Assembly: GCA_963841565.1 (NCBI GenBank)
Contig: CAWJCY010000006.1
Span: forward strand, 192,001 to 256,000
Length of the DNA stretch: 64,000 nt
Direction: 5' to 3'
Source: an uncultured Nitrososphaerales archaeon
GTDB taxonomy: Archaea; Thermoproteota; Nitrososphaeria; Nitrososphaerales; Nitrososphaeraceae
The position numbers and the translations under genes were made by a program. A model generated the notes under the pieces. It saw nothing but the letters and a program-made list of their open reading frames with translations. It was not told the DNA's origin and ran no database searches. This document shows, piece by piece, positions 32,439 to 43,514 of the stretch (within the stretch, counting starts at the first letter, position 1; each line of letters starts with the position of its first letter).

Positions 32439-33788
32439 TCACGGGGTTAGACGATCAATATCTCTTGGGTAGAACGTAGCGTCTCGGATATTCTCGATAT
32501 TCAGGAGTACCATCATAAGTCTTTCCAAGCCTACTCCGAAACCTGCATGAGGTGGAACACCATAATCAAAAACTCTAAGATGGAAATCAAACTGTTGCGT
32601 GTTTAGCCCTTGCTTTTTCATATTTCCTAGAAGTGACTCCTTCCTATTTATTCTGGTACTGCCAGAGGAGATTTCAAGTGAACCAAACATTAAATCAAAA
32701 GATTCACAATACTTGTCAGATCTGGAGGTCGGCTTTACATAGAATGGTTTTATAGCAGTGGGCCAGTCTATTATATAGTAAAAAGTATCGCTGTTGAAGA
32801 CTTCATTTGGAAGTCCTTTCATAATCTGAGGGTTGATATCATCACCCCATCTGATACGTTCACCCTTTGCTTGAAGTTTATCGATAATCTCATCGTATCT
32901 GTATTTTGGGAAAGGTGTCTTGATATTTGGTAATGTGCCATGCATACTTTCCAAATCATCCCGATGACTGTCATTTATCGCGTTGACAATATGTTTTATC
33001 ATTGCTTCTAGTAAATTCATAAGGTCATTGTAATCTGAGAAGGCCTGTTCAACGTCGATCGAGATTGCTTCTGACAAGTGTCTTTTTGTTCTTGAGGGCT
33101 CTGCCCTAAAAATTGGTCCAATCTCGTAAACATTCTCAAAAGCCATCGTTAGCTGTTCCTTATACAATTGGGGACTTTGCGCCAGGTATGCCTCTTTATT
33201 ATAGTAAAAAATTGGAAACAGGGCAGCTCCCCCTTCAGTAGCTGTTGAGATCATTTTGGGCGTGTTTACTTCAATAAAACCTTTCGCATCAAGAAACTCT
33301 CTAATAGAACTAAGTGCGGTATGGCGAATTCCAAATGTACTTCGTAAAAAATTTCGCCTTAAATCTATAGCTCTAAGATCCAGGCGCGTATCAATACCTA
33401 CTGTTGATTTATTTGCCTGGATGGTGAATGGTGCTGCTTGCTTAGCTAACGAGAATATTCTTACCTCAGCGGGAATAATCTCTATTCCGTTGGGCGATTT
33501 ATTTTGTGCTCGAACTTGTCCTCGGACCGCTAAGGACGTGTGATCCTTTATACGTGAGAGTTGATCGAGAACCTTGTCTGAACATTCGCCTCGTTTTGCA
33601 GTTACTTGTATTTCACCTAGTCTATCTCTTATTACAACAAATTGAATATTACCGTGACTCCTTGTGCTTGAAACCCATCCCATTACAGTGATCTGCATGG
33701 TATCTAAAGTAGGTAGAATCTCTCTAGAGTAATGGGTTCTTCTCCAATCACCTAATTCCTGTTCATGCAATAATTCGCTCAATTTCAA
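32439..33788 (-). CDS. aspS: aspartyl-tRNA synthetase, archaeal type (probably non-discriminating)
   Basis: LAQSPQLYK, FRAEPS..RHLSE, EISSGSTR and PPHAGFGVGLERL; in an operon with gatCAB. Confidence 0.97.
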   Translation of the reverse strand: MKLSELLHEQELGDWRRTHYSREILPTLDTMQITVMGWVSSTRSHGNIQFVVIRDRLGEIQVTAKRGECSDKVLDQLSRIKDHTSLAVRGQVRAQNKSPNGIEIIPAEVRIFSLAKQAAPFTIQANKSTVGIDTRLDLRAIDLRRNFLRSTFGIRHTALSSIREFLDAKGFIEVNTPKMISTATEGGAALFPIFYYNKEAYLAQSPQLYKEQLTMAFENVYEIGPIFRAEPSRTKRHLSEAISIDVEQAFSDYNDLMNLLEAMIKHIVNAINDSHRDDLESMHGTLPNIKTPFPKYRYDEIIDKLQAKGERIRWGDDINPQIMKGLPNEVFNSDTFYYIIDWPTAIKPFYVKPTSRSDKYCESFDLMFGSLEISSGSTRINRKESLLGNMKKQGLNTQQFDFHLRVFDYGVPPHAGFGVGLERLMMVLLNIENIRDATFYPRDIDRLTP

Positions 33789-33983
33789 AACCTTTACGAT
33801 GCTTAAGCTTGTATTAATAAGTTTAATTTATCTTTTCACGTAAGGGCTATTCGGTAAGATGTTTTTTTTCTCATTGCAATACAAGAACCAAATGTTAGAT
33901 TTAGAAATATGCATATATATTTATACTCAATATCTGGAAGCTGAGGTGAATTCTGTTGTCCATCGAGCATAGCGATCAGGGTA

Positions 33984-34535
33984 ATGAAGAAATCGAGAGT
34001 AGTGCTCGCTGATCCAGGAACGAACGTAAATATTACAATTTCCATAGGCGACATCCGGGTCCAGTTTAATGGATCTGCAGATTCGGTTATCACTTCTGTG
34101 ATATCATTTCTGACAAAACAAATCCCCACATTGGAACTAGCTAATAGGATTTCACTTAATTACACTATTGCCGAGCTTATACAGTCATACTCAGATATCA
34201 TCAAGATAACCCCAGAAGGTCCGAGGATATTTCCGATATTGGACGGAGTGGAACTTAAGCTCTCCGACAAGCAGATTGTTGCCCTTCAACTGGTTGCCTC
34301 CCGTATCGCAAAGGGACTAGGCAAGGGTGAGGATGACAAATTACGCATGTCTGATCTACAAACGGCAACGGGTCTAAAGTCAAAATCAATTAGTTCAAGA
34401 TTGTCCGAATTGGTGAAGGTAGGATATGTGCAAAGAGACATCGTGAGAAATGGTGGTGAATTACCAGCATACCGAATCACCACCTCAGGAATCAGCTGGC
34501 TAAATTCTATCCTTGCAAAAAGGAAAAAAATCTAA
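33984..34535 (+). CDS. hypothetical protein with C-terminal winged helix
   Basis: MSDLQTATGLKSKSISSRLSELVKVGYV...YRITTSG. Confidence 0.8.
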   Translation: MKKSRVVLADPGTNVNITISIGDIRVQFNGSADSVITSVISFLTKQIPTLELANRISLNYTIAELIQSYSDIIKITPEGPRIFPILDGVELKLSDKQIVALQLVASRIAKGLGKGEDDKLRMSDLQTATGLKSKSISSRLSELVKVGYVQRDIVRNGGELPAYRITTSGISWLNSILAKRKKI

Positions 34536-34589
34536 TGAGTGGAATAGCAACTCGCATATGATAAGACTTGTTAACTGAACTGGCTTATT

Positions 34590-35093
34590 TCAAGTCGCCT
34601 TCTGTAAATAGACATAATTACGGGCAGTTCCATTTCGAACTATGATGCCTTCTCTAACCATGTCGGTTAGTGAATGCGAAACTGCCGTTCTGTCGTAGCT
34701 GTAGCCCCTCCGCAATAGCTCTTCATGAATTTCTGCTAGAAGTCGCTGAATAGCGAAGTAACCTTCTTCCCACAGTGTTTCCAGAAGTATTCTGCATGTC
34801 ATACCCGTTTTATGCGGGGATTTTCTTTCTCTCCTAAATACCTCTTTATTAGGGGTAATAGCGTTTGAATCTATCAACATTTTGATATTTTCAACCTGAT
34901 TTTGCAGTTCGCCAATAGCTACGGCATTCTTTTCATCCAATGGACTTGGATGATCGATACTATCAAGGACGTTGTGAACCACCTCCTTGACTTTGTCTTC
35001 TGCACATGTTATTTCGACTTCCCATCCATCGTGCTTCAGCCTGATCTTTACTTCATCCGACTGAGCAGCTAGTGGCGGGGGGCTATCATTCAT
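34590..35093 (-). CDS. hypothetical protein with C-terminal winged helix
   Basis: LWEEGYF..RLLAEIHEEL..RGY..AVSHSLTDMVREGII.R.G...Y.Y; start set to ATG 35093. Confidence 0.78.
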   Translation of the reverse strand: MNDSPPPLAAQSDEVKIRLKHDGWEVEITCAEDKVKEVVHNVLDSIDHPSPLDEKNAVAIGELQNQVENIKMLIDSNAITPNKEVFRRERKSPHKTGMTCRILLETLWEEGYFAIQRLLAEIHEELLRRGYSYDRTAVSHSLTDMVREGIIVRNGTARNYVYLQKAT

Positions 35094-35202
35094 GTTGAAC
35101 AAGCAACGTTGGAAAAGTTCACCCTGATAAACTTGTTCCTTTGCATCTTGCGCATCTTGCGCAACATTAATTAACTTCGGTTCGCAGATATTGTTGATCA
35201 AT

Positions 35203-36244
35203 ATGAATGCAAATGCGCATTTAAACTTCTATCTTGAAGAAGATTGTATTACAGAATTTGAAAACACTTTCAGAAAATCGATGAACATGTGTTTGTCAGA
35301 TCAATTGACAGAAATTCTCAAGGGGAGAAGAATCATATTTGATTCAATTGAACAAACGACTGTCCCAGTTAGAAGGGATGTGAGCATTGATCGGCCCTGC
35401 ACAGTAACTCCTAGGGTTGTTCATCCAAGCGAGAAGGTAACCCTCATCAGCGCAATAGATTCAAGTGTTATTCATTTAGCGAGGACTGAAGAAGGAAGGT
35501 TGTACGCTCGCAAAATCTGGAATCGTGATATCATCTGGTAGAAGAATCCGACGCCATTTCAGGCTAGGTCCAATGCTCATCTACCTCACTGAGGAATTCT
35601 TGTGTAACTCTAAGATAGATCACAATTTAGGAAATCTATTGCTTGTTGACAGCAGCATCGCCAAACGTCTTATCAGAATTAGGTTAGAGAGAGCAATTCA
35701 ACTAGTCCTCTCCAGCCGCTTGAATAATTCAATAATACTAATAGATGGAGCTCTGAGGTCCTCCGTATTGGAAGATTACAACTGTACCATCAACAGGGTA
35801 GTTGAAAAGTCTACTCTAAGCAATAATGATGTCATAGGGTTGTCTAAAAACACGAGTATGACGATCCTTAATCAATTTGAAAACCTACTTAAAGCAATGC
35901 CTTACTCGGCTTGCATCGATACTGGTTGTGTGATTAAGAGTCTGGCAAGAAATACATTGGGTAATAATTTGCTAGTGAAACTTGGAAAAAATGAAAATGA
36001 GTATGTCCTCCGAGCGGACATATGCTCGGCGAATGGTAATGATTTGGATTGTTTAGAGAGACTAATCGGAAATGACATACTCTTTCGTAGCTATCCAGAA
36101 TCACTTAGGATTGCACATCACATTTCAACTTTCACAACTACAGAGATCTCATCATTAAAGGGATACATATCAAGGAGCTGTATTGTAGAAGAGGTTGACC
36201 AAGCTGCTACTAGAAAGAACATTTTGGGGGTTTCATTTGTTTGA
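35203..36244 (+). CDS. nurA: NurA-family nuclease-like protein (frameshift near 35509)
   Basis: ISAIDSS, RIRLER, ILIDGAL, GLSKNT and YPESLRIAH motifs across ORFs 35191..35541 and 35525..36244. Confidence 0.8.
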
Positions 36245-37737
36245 AAATTCTTCAAAAAACGAATGATGAATTGATACTGTTAGCAGTAAAATCAGAAATG
36301 GTCTCCAAAGGTGACTACTTCCTGATTGAGGATACTGAAATGAAAAGGCAACTGATAGTCCAAGTGTACAATGAGGAATATCTCTCAAACCAATCTATTA
36401 TTGAGGACATCGTCAAAGATGAAATTATTCGCGCAACCAGTCCTGGAGTTTCATATGATCCGTTAGAAATAGGACTATTATCATGCGTGGTACGTGATTC
36501 GAGACTCTTCAAGGCAAAGATACGAGGTTCTTCCGTTGGCGCAAATAACAATATGTCAAGTGATATTTCTTGGTTACCATCGCGAGTAAATTCGAAGATT
36601 AGACGTCTTACAATTTCTGAACTGAATCAAATACTCAACAGAGGTGGCGAGTCTCCCATTTCGATCGGCTTTGTTGGTAATAGTCAAGATCCCTTCACCA
36701 TATATGCTGAAGACCTTGATGGCAGGCTAAACATAATTGCAGGTAAGAAAGAATCAGGTAAATCACATTTGTCAAAATTACTTGTCAAGTCGCTCCTAGA
36801 ACATGGAGCATTTGTCCTTGTCTTTGATCTAAATAATGAATATGCTGGATTAGGAATTAAGACCAATGGATTGGGATCAAACATTGAATCGAAGGTCGTT
36901 CTTCTTGAACCAGGGAAGAATTTGCGCTTTTCATTAGAATATTGTGGCAAACCGTCCGTATCTTCCATGCTTAAGAACGCTTTAGATATGCCTCCCACAT
37001 CATTGCGTGAGTTCTTTAGAATATGGGATAATCTTAACAAAAGACATGCACTAACATTAGAAGCATTTTCAAATGCAATTAATAATTGGAATTTCAATGA
37101 TCTCGTTCGTGACGCGTTAATCTCAAGGATTCATACGATACGTAACTCGAGGCTATTTCTCAATGACGAGAAAAATGATGAATATGAAGGATTAAGATTC
37201 GAAAATTTGATTTCCAATAATGTTCATGGACTGGCAATGATCGTAAATTTGGGAACTTATGCACCGACCATAAGACACATGGTTGTCGAGTTGATACTAA
37301 ACAAATTAGTTGAGTTGCTCGGAAACAATTTGATCCCTCCTATATTTCTCTTTGCAGAGGAAGCCCATCTGTATATCAAGGAAACTTACTGGGACGACAT
37401 TATCACGAGAATGCGTCACTTCGGGATCTATTCTACGTTTATTACTAACCATCCGGAGGCATTAGGAGAAGGGATCTTGAGACAAGTAGACAACATATTC
37501 TTATTCAATTTCGTGAATGAATCAGATTTAGAAAGAATTTCTAAAATTTCCCTAGTTGATAAGGATACGATCAAGTCGATAGTTAGAACTCTTCCTCAGA
37601 GGTATTCACTTCTAATCGGAAAAATGGTTCAAGAACTACCAATAGTAGTTAAGGTTCCTCATTTGGATGTCAAAACCTATGGAGAAACTAAAAAATTCTT
37701 TAGAAGGAAAAGCCCTACCCTTTTATCTTCTAAATAA
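36241..37737 (+). CDS. herA: HerA/FtsK-superfamily ATPase (DUF87 type)
   Basis: Walker A AGKKESGKS, VFDLNNEY, Walker B FLFAEEAHLY, Arg finger RMRHFG, ITNHP; start overlaps the nurA stop. Confidence 0.88.
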   Translation: MKILQKTNDELILLAVKSEMVSKGDYFLIEDTEMKRQLIVQVYNEEYLSNQSIIEDIVKDEIIRATSPGVSYDPLEIGLLSCVVRDSRLFKAKIRGSSVGANNNMSSDISWLPSRVNSKIRRLTISELNQILNRGGESPISIGFVGNSQDPFTIYAEDLDGRLNIIAGKKESGKSHLSKLLVKSLLEHGAFVLVFDLNNEYAGLGIKTNGLGSNIESKVVLLEPGKNLRFSLEYCGKPSVSSMLKNALDMPPTSLREFFRIWDNLNKRHALTLEAFSNAINNWNFNDLVRDALISRIHTIRNSRLFLNDEKNDEYEGLRFENLISNNVHGLAMIVNLGTYAPTIRHMVVELILNKLVELLGNNLIPPIFLFAEEAHLYIKETYWDDIITRMRHFGIYSTFITNHPEALGEGILRQVDNIFLFNFVNESDLERISKISLVDKDTIKSIVRTLPQRYSLLIGKMVQELPIVVKVPHLDVKTYGETKKFFRRKSPTLLSSK

Positions 37738-38083
37738 CCGCCTCGTCACCACGTTGTTTTGTTCCTATATCTATCGTGTCGCTGACAGGCGAGATGAATA
37801 TTTTTCCATCTCCTGCTGAACCCGTGCTTACCGAGTCCAGTATAGCATTAACCACATCTTCTACTTTGGAATCAGGAACCACCGTAACGACATTGGCACG
37901 GACTGAAAATTCAGATACAAATCTACTTGTCCCTCTTCCACTTTCAACAATGGGCTTCTCACCCTTACCTCTGCCTTTTGCTTCGAGGATGGTACATCCA
38001 CCTATACCTGCCTTTTTGAAGGCCTCACTTACCGTGCTAATCTTTTCATTAGGTATAATTGCCTCAATCCGCTTCATAGGCAC
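37730..38083 (-). CDS. glnB: P-II nitrogen regulatory protein
   Basis: MKRIEAII, KGRGKG and TGSAGDGKIFISPV. Confidence 0.95.
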   Translation of the reverse strand: MPMKRIEAIIPNEKISTVSEAFKKAGIGGCTILEAKGRGKGEKPIVESGRGTSRFVSEFSVRANVVTVVPDSKVEDVVNAILDSVSTGSAGDGKIFISPVSDTIDIGTKQRGDEAVI

Positions 38084-38200
38084 GTATAAATTAGTTCACG
38101 ATATAAGTTTTTCAAACTATATTTACGATATAATAAATAAAAGCAAAATTTGATAAAGCGTGAAATTATCACAGAAATTGACCATATCAGACTATATATT

Positions 38201-39112
38201 TTAGTTAGCGGCGTGGGATAATCTTTTAACCTTATCATTGACCGGATTGTTTTGTATGTATAGTGCCAAAGCGTCGATCATTGGTTTCATTTTAAAAACT
38301 TGAGGAACGACATCAACTGCTACACCGTATTTGTGTAGCTCTCGGGCCGTTGAAGGTCCAACAGCCACTACTATTGTGATCGAATTAAGTGAGGTTTGTA
38401 AAGTGTCCCATAATTTGTGTCTCTTTGCAAAATTAATCAGTCCTCTAACCGACGGTGGGCTTGTAAACGTTATGGCATCGATATTTCCTAGATCAATATC
38501 CCTTACTAGATTTGTAATCTGGGTTTCATCACTTAGAATGGATTTAAAGCCCATACTCTCGAGAATTCTAGTTTCATTGAGATCACTGGTTTCTGAATAT
38601 CTATACACAAATACTTCAATAATGTTATTTCTCAATCTTTCAAGTCCATCAACTAAATGTCGGGAAGAGGTGCCATGCCAGATTATTGCGATTTTCTTCG
38701 CCGTCACTCCCATACTTTTGAAGAGTTGTAACACTCCAGTAGACGTGTAATCTAGATTAGGGATTAGAATTGGCCTCAGTCCGAAATTAAATAACGACAT
38801 CTGTGTTTTTGGACTTCGTGCAACCAATATTGTGTTTCTAAGCATATTGATTAATGGTTCTTTCTTTCCAAGTTCTGAGGACAAATCGATTAGCGAGTAT
38901 ACACTTGGACCTGTCATAAACACGACAAAATCTGGTGTGTTATCCTTGGCAAGTTCAATAAATCTTGATACATCAAGAACTGTACTTTCCTCTCTTTTGA
39001 TCCCTGTTGTTGGAGCAATGTATGGCCTTCCTCCAAGTGATCTTATGACCTGGGCTAGCTCACCTGCTCTTCTACTCGCTGTAACTGCGATGTTTAGGTT
39101 CGATAGGGACAA
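38201..39112 (-). CDS. hemD: uroporphyrinogen-III synthase
   Basis: IAVTASRRA, DAITFTSPPSV and AVGPSTAREL. Confidence 0.9.
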   Translation of the reverse strand: MSLSNLNIAVTASRRAGELAQVIRSLGGRPYIAPTTGIKREESTVLDVSRFIELAKDNTPDFVVFMTGPSVYSLIDLSSELGKKEPLINMLRNTILVARSPKTQMSLFNFGLRPILIPNLDYTSTGVLQLFKSMGVTAKKIAIIWHGTSSRHLVDGLERLRNNIIEVFVYRYSETSDLNETRILESMGFKSILSDETQITNLVRDIDLGNIDAITFTSPPSVRGLINFAKRHKLWDTLQTSLNSITIVVAVGPSTARELHKYGVAVDVVPQVFKMKPMIDALALYIQNNPVNDKVKRLSHAAN

Positions 39113-39126
39113 TCCGTTAATTCTAG

Positions 39127-41529
39127 CTACTCTGATCTCCTAATGTTATGCATCATCATTAAATCTTCTTCGAAAAGCAATAGGTTCTCGGGAATAGCTA
39201 ATTCTATAGGATCTTTTAGAGACAGCGGCTTTCCGGTTTCTGGAGAAATATAGGATTTCTTCTTGTTCCAGACCGTTGAATTAAAATTAATAATCAGCTG
39301 GGTATACTTAGAATAGTCACTGTAATCTCCCTCCACTTCTGGTAGCTTACGCAAATGGATGCTTTCAGTGACATTGTCATACATGATCGTCCAGATCTCC
39401 TCGGTAATATACGGACATATCGGGGCCAGCAGCGTAAGGATCGTTGTCATACTCTTATGAAGGGTATAGATCGAAGAAAGCCTAGATTGACTGGAACCAT
39501 CAAGATAAGCTCTCCATTTGACCATCTCAATGTAGTGAGCTGCAAAAATGTTCCAAGTAAATTCTCGGATGGCGTTTGATGGAATAAAGAAGTTAAATTC
39601 GGAGTAACCTTTCCTACATTCCTTAACTAGTTTCTGCAATTCTCCCAGTAACCACATGTCACTTGGAGTTAGAGTTGTCGGCTTTTCAGAAACACTATCA
39701 AATGAGGATATGAACCTCGCAACATTCCATAATTTAGACAAGAAGTTCTTCGCAAGTGATATCTTTTGTTCAGAGCACCGAAAATCATAACCCAAATTAC
39801 ATTCTGATGCAGACCAGAATCTGAACGCATCGGCCCCATATGTATTGATTATGGGTAGAGGATCCATCACATTACCTCTGCTCTTACTCATTTTCTCACC
39901 TCTTTCGTCAACTCCAAAACCCATTATCCAGGCCTTTGACCAAGGTAGCTTATCGGTCAACTGAACGCAACGTAGCAATGAATAGTATAGCCAAGTCCTA
40001 ACGATGTCCTTTGCCTGGGGTCTAATCGAAGCAGGGTAGGGATGTCGTATTCTATCTGATCCCCCGTATTCACCTGTGTATATGGCTGTCAAGCTGGAAT
40101 CCATCCAAGTATCGAATGTTCGTTCTTCTCCAACAAATTTTCCTGCTCCACAACTGGTGCATTTATCAAATGGTGGGTCCTCTTCCCAAGGTCTGTAATA
40201 TTTGCCAGAGGGCGGTAGGTTAGGGTAATTGCAATTCACGCAATACCAGATAGGAATCTCTGTTCCATAGTAACGTCTCCTTGAAATGGGCCAATCAGTT
40301 GCAACTGAATCCAGCCAGCTCATTAGAATTTGTCTGTGAATTTCGGGATAAAACTTGAGCTGGGCTGACATATGCTTTAGTTTGGGTATATACTCAATTT
40401 GTTTAAGGTAATAATCTTGCAAGGGAACAATCTCCACAGGGGTTTTGCTTCGCTCGCATAAAGGAGTTCTATGCATGATATCCTCGGTTTTTTGTAGAAA
40501 GCCATTTGTCTTTAAGTCAGAAATTATCTTGACTCTAGCTTCTTGGATGGGAAGATTAGCATATGGGCCAGCTTCGGCTGTGGTGCGTCCGTAGATATCT
40601 ATAGCGATTATTTCCTTCAATCCGAGTTCTCTAAATAATGCGACATCATTTTGATCACCGTAGCTACAGACCATAACTGCACCGGTTCCAAATTCTGGTC
40701 TAGCAGAGTGATGTGAATAAATCGGGACTTGTTTGTCAAAGAGAGGAATAGATACTCTCTTTCCTATGATATTTGTATAGCGTTCGTCATTAGGATTAAC
40801 TATAACGGCCTGGCAAGCAAAAAGCAATTCTGGTCTAGTTGATGCCACAATGATGCCTTTTGTTTCATCCTTTACACTAAAATTCATGTATACGAGCTTG
40901 GTAGGTAGTTCCTCGTATACGATTTCCGCATCTGCTATAGTGGTGCCGCAGTCCGGGCATAGATTATTAGGCCTATTAGCAATGTATATCATCTTCCTGT
41001 TCCACAGCTCGATGAAAGTACTTTGAGTTAACGCTCTAAATTTACTTGAATCAGTCCTATAATAATTCTTGAAATCTGCACTCAATCCAATCAACTTCAT
41101 AATCTCGATCATCTCCTGTTCAAGTTCGTCCAAAGCGCTTTTGCACAATTCCAAGAATTTTCTTCTATCTGTTTTTCTCATCCTAATTTTGTATTTCTTT
41201 TCCGTATAGATTTCAATTGGAAGACCATTTCGATCGATACCTATTGGAAACAGGACATTGAAACCGCTCATTCGCGCGGTCCTAGCAATCATATCGATCT
41301 GTGCATAATGAGCCGCTGCTCCGATATGCCATGGCCGACCTGAAGGGTATGGAGGGGGAGTATCGATCACAAAAGTGGCTTGTTCTCTATTGATTGGGGT
41401 TTTGTCGACCCTAGCACTCTCCCATTTTTGGCGAATTTTCACTTCATTGTTTGAATTCCATTTCTTCTCTTCAATTCTATGAGTTCGACTCAATCTTAAA
41501 GTAATTCCAAATATTCGATTATTAAACAT
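39127..41529 (-). CDS. valS: valyl-tRNA synthetase
   Basis: IDTPPPYPSG..HIGA, DWPISRRRYYG, DTWMDSS and KMSKS; true start may be slightly downstream. Confidence 0.95.
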   Translation of the reverse strand: MFNNRIFGITLRLSRTHRIEEKKWNSNNEVKIRQKWESARVDKTPINREQATFVIDTPPPYPSGRPWHIGAAAHYAQIDMIARTARMSGFNVLFPIGIDRNGLPIEIYTEKKYKIRMRKTDRRKFLELCKSALDELEQEMIEIMKLIGLSADFKNYYRTDSSKFRALTQSTFIELWNRKMIYIANRPNNLCPDCGTTIADAEIVYEELPTKLVYMNFSVKDETKGIIVASTRPELLFACQAVIVNPNDERYTNIIGKRVSIPLFDKQVPIYSHHSARPEFGTGAVMVCSYGDQNDVALFRELGLKEIIAIDIYGRTTAEAGPYANLPIQEARVKIISDLKTNGFLQKTEDIMHRTPLCERSKTPVEIVPLQDYYLKQIEYIPKLKHMSAQLKFYPEIHRQILMSWLDSVATDWPISRRRYYGTEIPIWYCVNCNYPNLPPSGKYYRPWEEDPPFDKCTSCGAGKFVGEERTFDTWMDSSLTAIYTGEYGGSDRIRHPYPASIRPQAKDIVRTWLYYSLLRCVQLTDKLPWSKAWIMGFGVDERGEKMSKSRGNVMDPLPIINTYGADAFRFWSASECNLGYDFRCSEQKISLAKNFLSKLWNVARFISSFDSVSEKPTTLTPSDMWLLGELQKLVKECRKGYSEFNFFIPSNAIREFTWNIFAAHYIEMVKWRAYLDGSSQSRLSSIYTLHKSMTTILTLLAPICPYITEEIWTIMYDNVTESIHLRKLPEVEGDYSDYSKYTQLIINFNSTVWNKKKSYISPETGKPLSLKDPIELAIPENLLLFEEDLMMMHNIRRSE

Positions 41530-41693
41530 AATACTGGTTTGCTAAGGTAAAGGGTGAGAATACATGACACTTTAAATTGCAGATCTGTGGCGATACCTTT
41601 CAGTTTTTTTCTCCTCAAAAATTGAATATGTCAATGCGATTTGATCAGGCCAAATCCAGAACATGCAAGAAACATATGTGACCACTTCATAGG

Positions 41694-43514
41694 ATGCTGC
41701 TGATGGGTATGGAGATTTTGATGCAACATAAACCGACAACATGGAATCTTTCACAGTTGATAGAAAACCATAAAGGAGAAGAATTACAGATTCTGATAAA
41801 ATCGATTGAGCAGGCTGCAAAGCGGATTGAAGGCGAGCGTGGAATACTTAAAGAGAGCATTTCTTCAAGTCAATTTCAAAAACTTTTGAATCTTGTTGAA
41901 GGAATTAATGAGCAGATCAGTATTGTCGTTGGATATGCCCATCTGAAGTATGCTTCTGATACTTCGTCAAATGAGGCCGCTGCCCTGCTAACTAAGATGG
42001 AAATGCTGTCAGCAGACGTATCAAACCGCTTATTATTTTTTGACATCTGGTTTAAAAAACAACTCGATGATAGGAATGCCAATCGTCTGATAAATTCTGC
42101 TCCGGCCGTCTATAGAGAGCATCTAAAACATAGTCGACTTTTGTCCAAATTCACATTATCTGAACCGGAGGAGAAGATAATTAGTACACTGGAGGTGAGC
42201 GGGTCTGGAGCCCTCACAAAGATATACGACAGGATGACAAGCTCTTTGGAATTCGTTGTACAGTTAAAAAAAGGTAAACGGGTCATAGAAAAAAAATTCA
42301 GCAATAAGGAAAAGATGCTCTCGATGATTAGGAGCACAAAGAAGGAAGAGAGGATGTCCGCATACAAGTCACTATTAAAAGAGTACAAAAGAAATAGCGG
42401 TGTTCTAGGCGAAATTTACTTCAATACGGTTATACAGTGGCATGACGAATTCATAAAGCTACGTGGATTTAAGCGACCAATCACGGTACGGAATACATAT
42501 AACAATCTAGATGATTCAACTGTAGAATCTCTTCTCCAAGCTTGTCGTTCTAATGCGAAGGTATTCCAGAGGTACTTCAAAGAAAAAGCTGCGATGATAG
42601 GCCTCAGAAAGCTTCACAGGTATCATTTATACGCACCCCTAACCCTGAGTGGGAAGTATCGAGAAAGATTTAGCTACCAGAATGCAGTTAGCACGGTCAT
42701 CGACACATTTTCTGATTTTGATGCGAGATTTGGTGGATTTGCAACAAAAGTATTTAATGAAAAACATGTGGATTCCGAAATAAGAAAAGCAAAACAAGGT
42801 GGTGCCTTCTGTTACACAGTTACACCAAAACTTACACCATACATACTTCTTAATTTTGATGGTAGAATTAGAGATGTTAGCACTATGGCTCATGAATTAG
42901 GTCATGCTATACATAGTATGGCAGCTTCAGATAAGCCAATATCTGTCGCTCACGCCCCATTACCCTTAGCCGAAACAGCATCAGTCTTTGCGGAAATCCT
43001 CCTTAATGATAGACTCCGCAGCAAACTAACACGCGAGCAGAAAGCTATTCTGCTAGCTTCACAGATCGATGATATGTATGCTACAATTATGAGACAAGCC
43101 TACTTTACCCTATTTGAGATTGAAGCTCATAAGTCTATAACTGAAAAGAATGCGGATATAAACGAAGTATCAGACCTGTACCTACGAAATCTTGAAGAAC
43201 AGTTCGGTGATTCGGTAACTGTTTCAGATGATTTTCGCTGGGAATGGTTATACATTCCACACTTATATCATACTCCTTTCTATTGCTACGCCTATTCATT
43301 CGGTAATTTGCTGGTCCTGTCCCTTTACCATCAATTCAGAAAAGAGGGTAAGTCTTCATTTATTCCCAAATACTACAAGCTGCTTTCGTCCGGAGGATCT
43401 CGCAAGCCAGAGGAAATTTTGTCTGACATTGGAATCGACATCTCTTCCAGAGACTTTTGGCAGCAAGGATTTGATCTAGTTGAAAAAAATGTGCAGGAGC
43501 TACGGGACTTGTGA
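41694..43514 (+). CDS. pepF: M3B oligoendopeptidase F
   Basis: KQGGAFC, HELGHAIH, LAETASVF and PFYCYAYSFG. Confidence 0.95.
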   Translation: MLLMGMEILMQHKPTTWNLSQLIENHKGEELQILIKSIEQAAKRIEGERGILKESISSSQFQKLLNLVEGINEQISIVVGYAHLKYASDTSSNEAAALLTKMEMLSADVSNRLLFFDIWFKKQLDDRNANRLINSAPAVYREHLKHSRLLSKFTLSEPEEKIISTLEVSGSGALTKIYDRMTSSLEFVVQLKKGKRVIEKKFSNKEKMLSMIRSTKKEERMSAYKSLLKEYKRNSGVLGEIYFNTVIQWHDEFIKLRGFKRPITVRNTYNNLDDSTVESLLQACRSNAKVFQRYFKEKAAMIGLRKLHRYHLYAPLTLSGKYRERFSYQNAVSTVIDTFSDFDARFGGFATKVFNEKHVDSEIRKAKQGGAFCYTVTPKLTPYILLNFDGRIRDVSTMAHELGHAIHSMAASDKPISVAHAPLPLAETASVFAEILLNDRLRSKLTREQKAILLASQIDDMYATIMRQAYFTLFEIEAHKSITEKNADINEVSDLYLRNLEEQFGDSVTVSDDFRWEWLYIPHLYHTPFYCYAYSFGNLLVLSLYHQFRKEGKSSFIPKYYKLLSSGGSRKPEEILSDIGIDISSRDFWQQGFDLVEKNVQELRDL

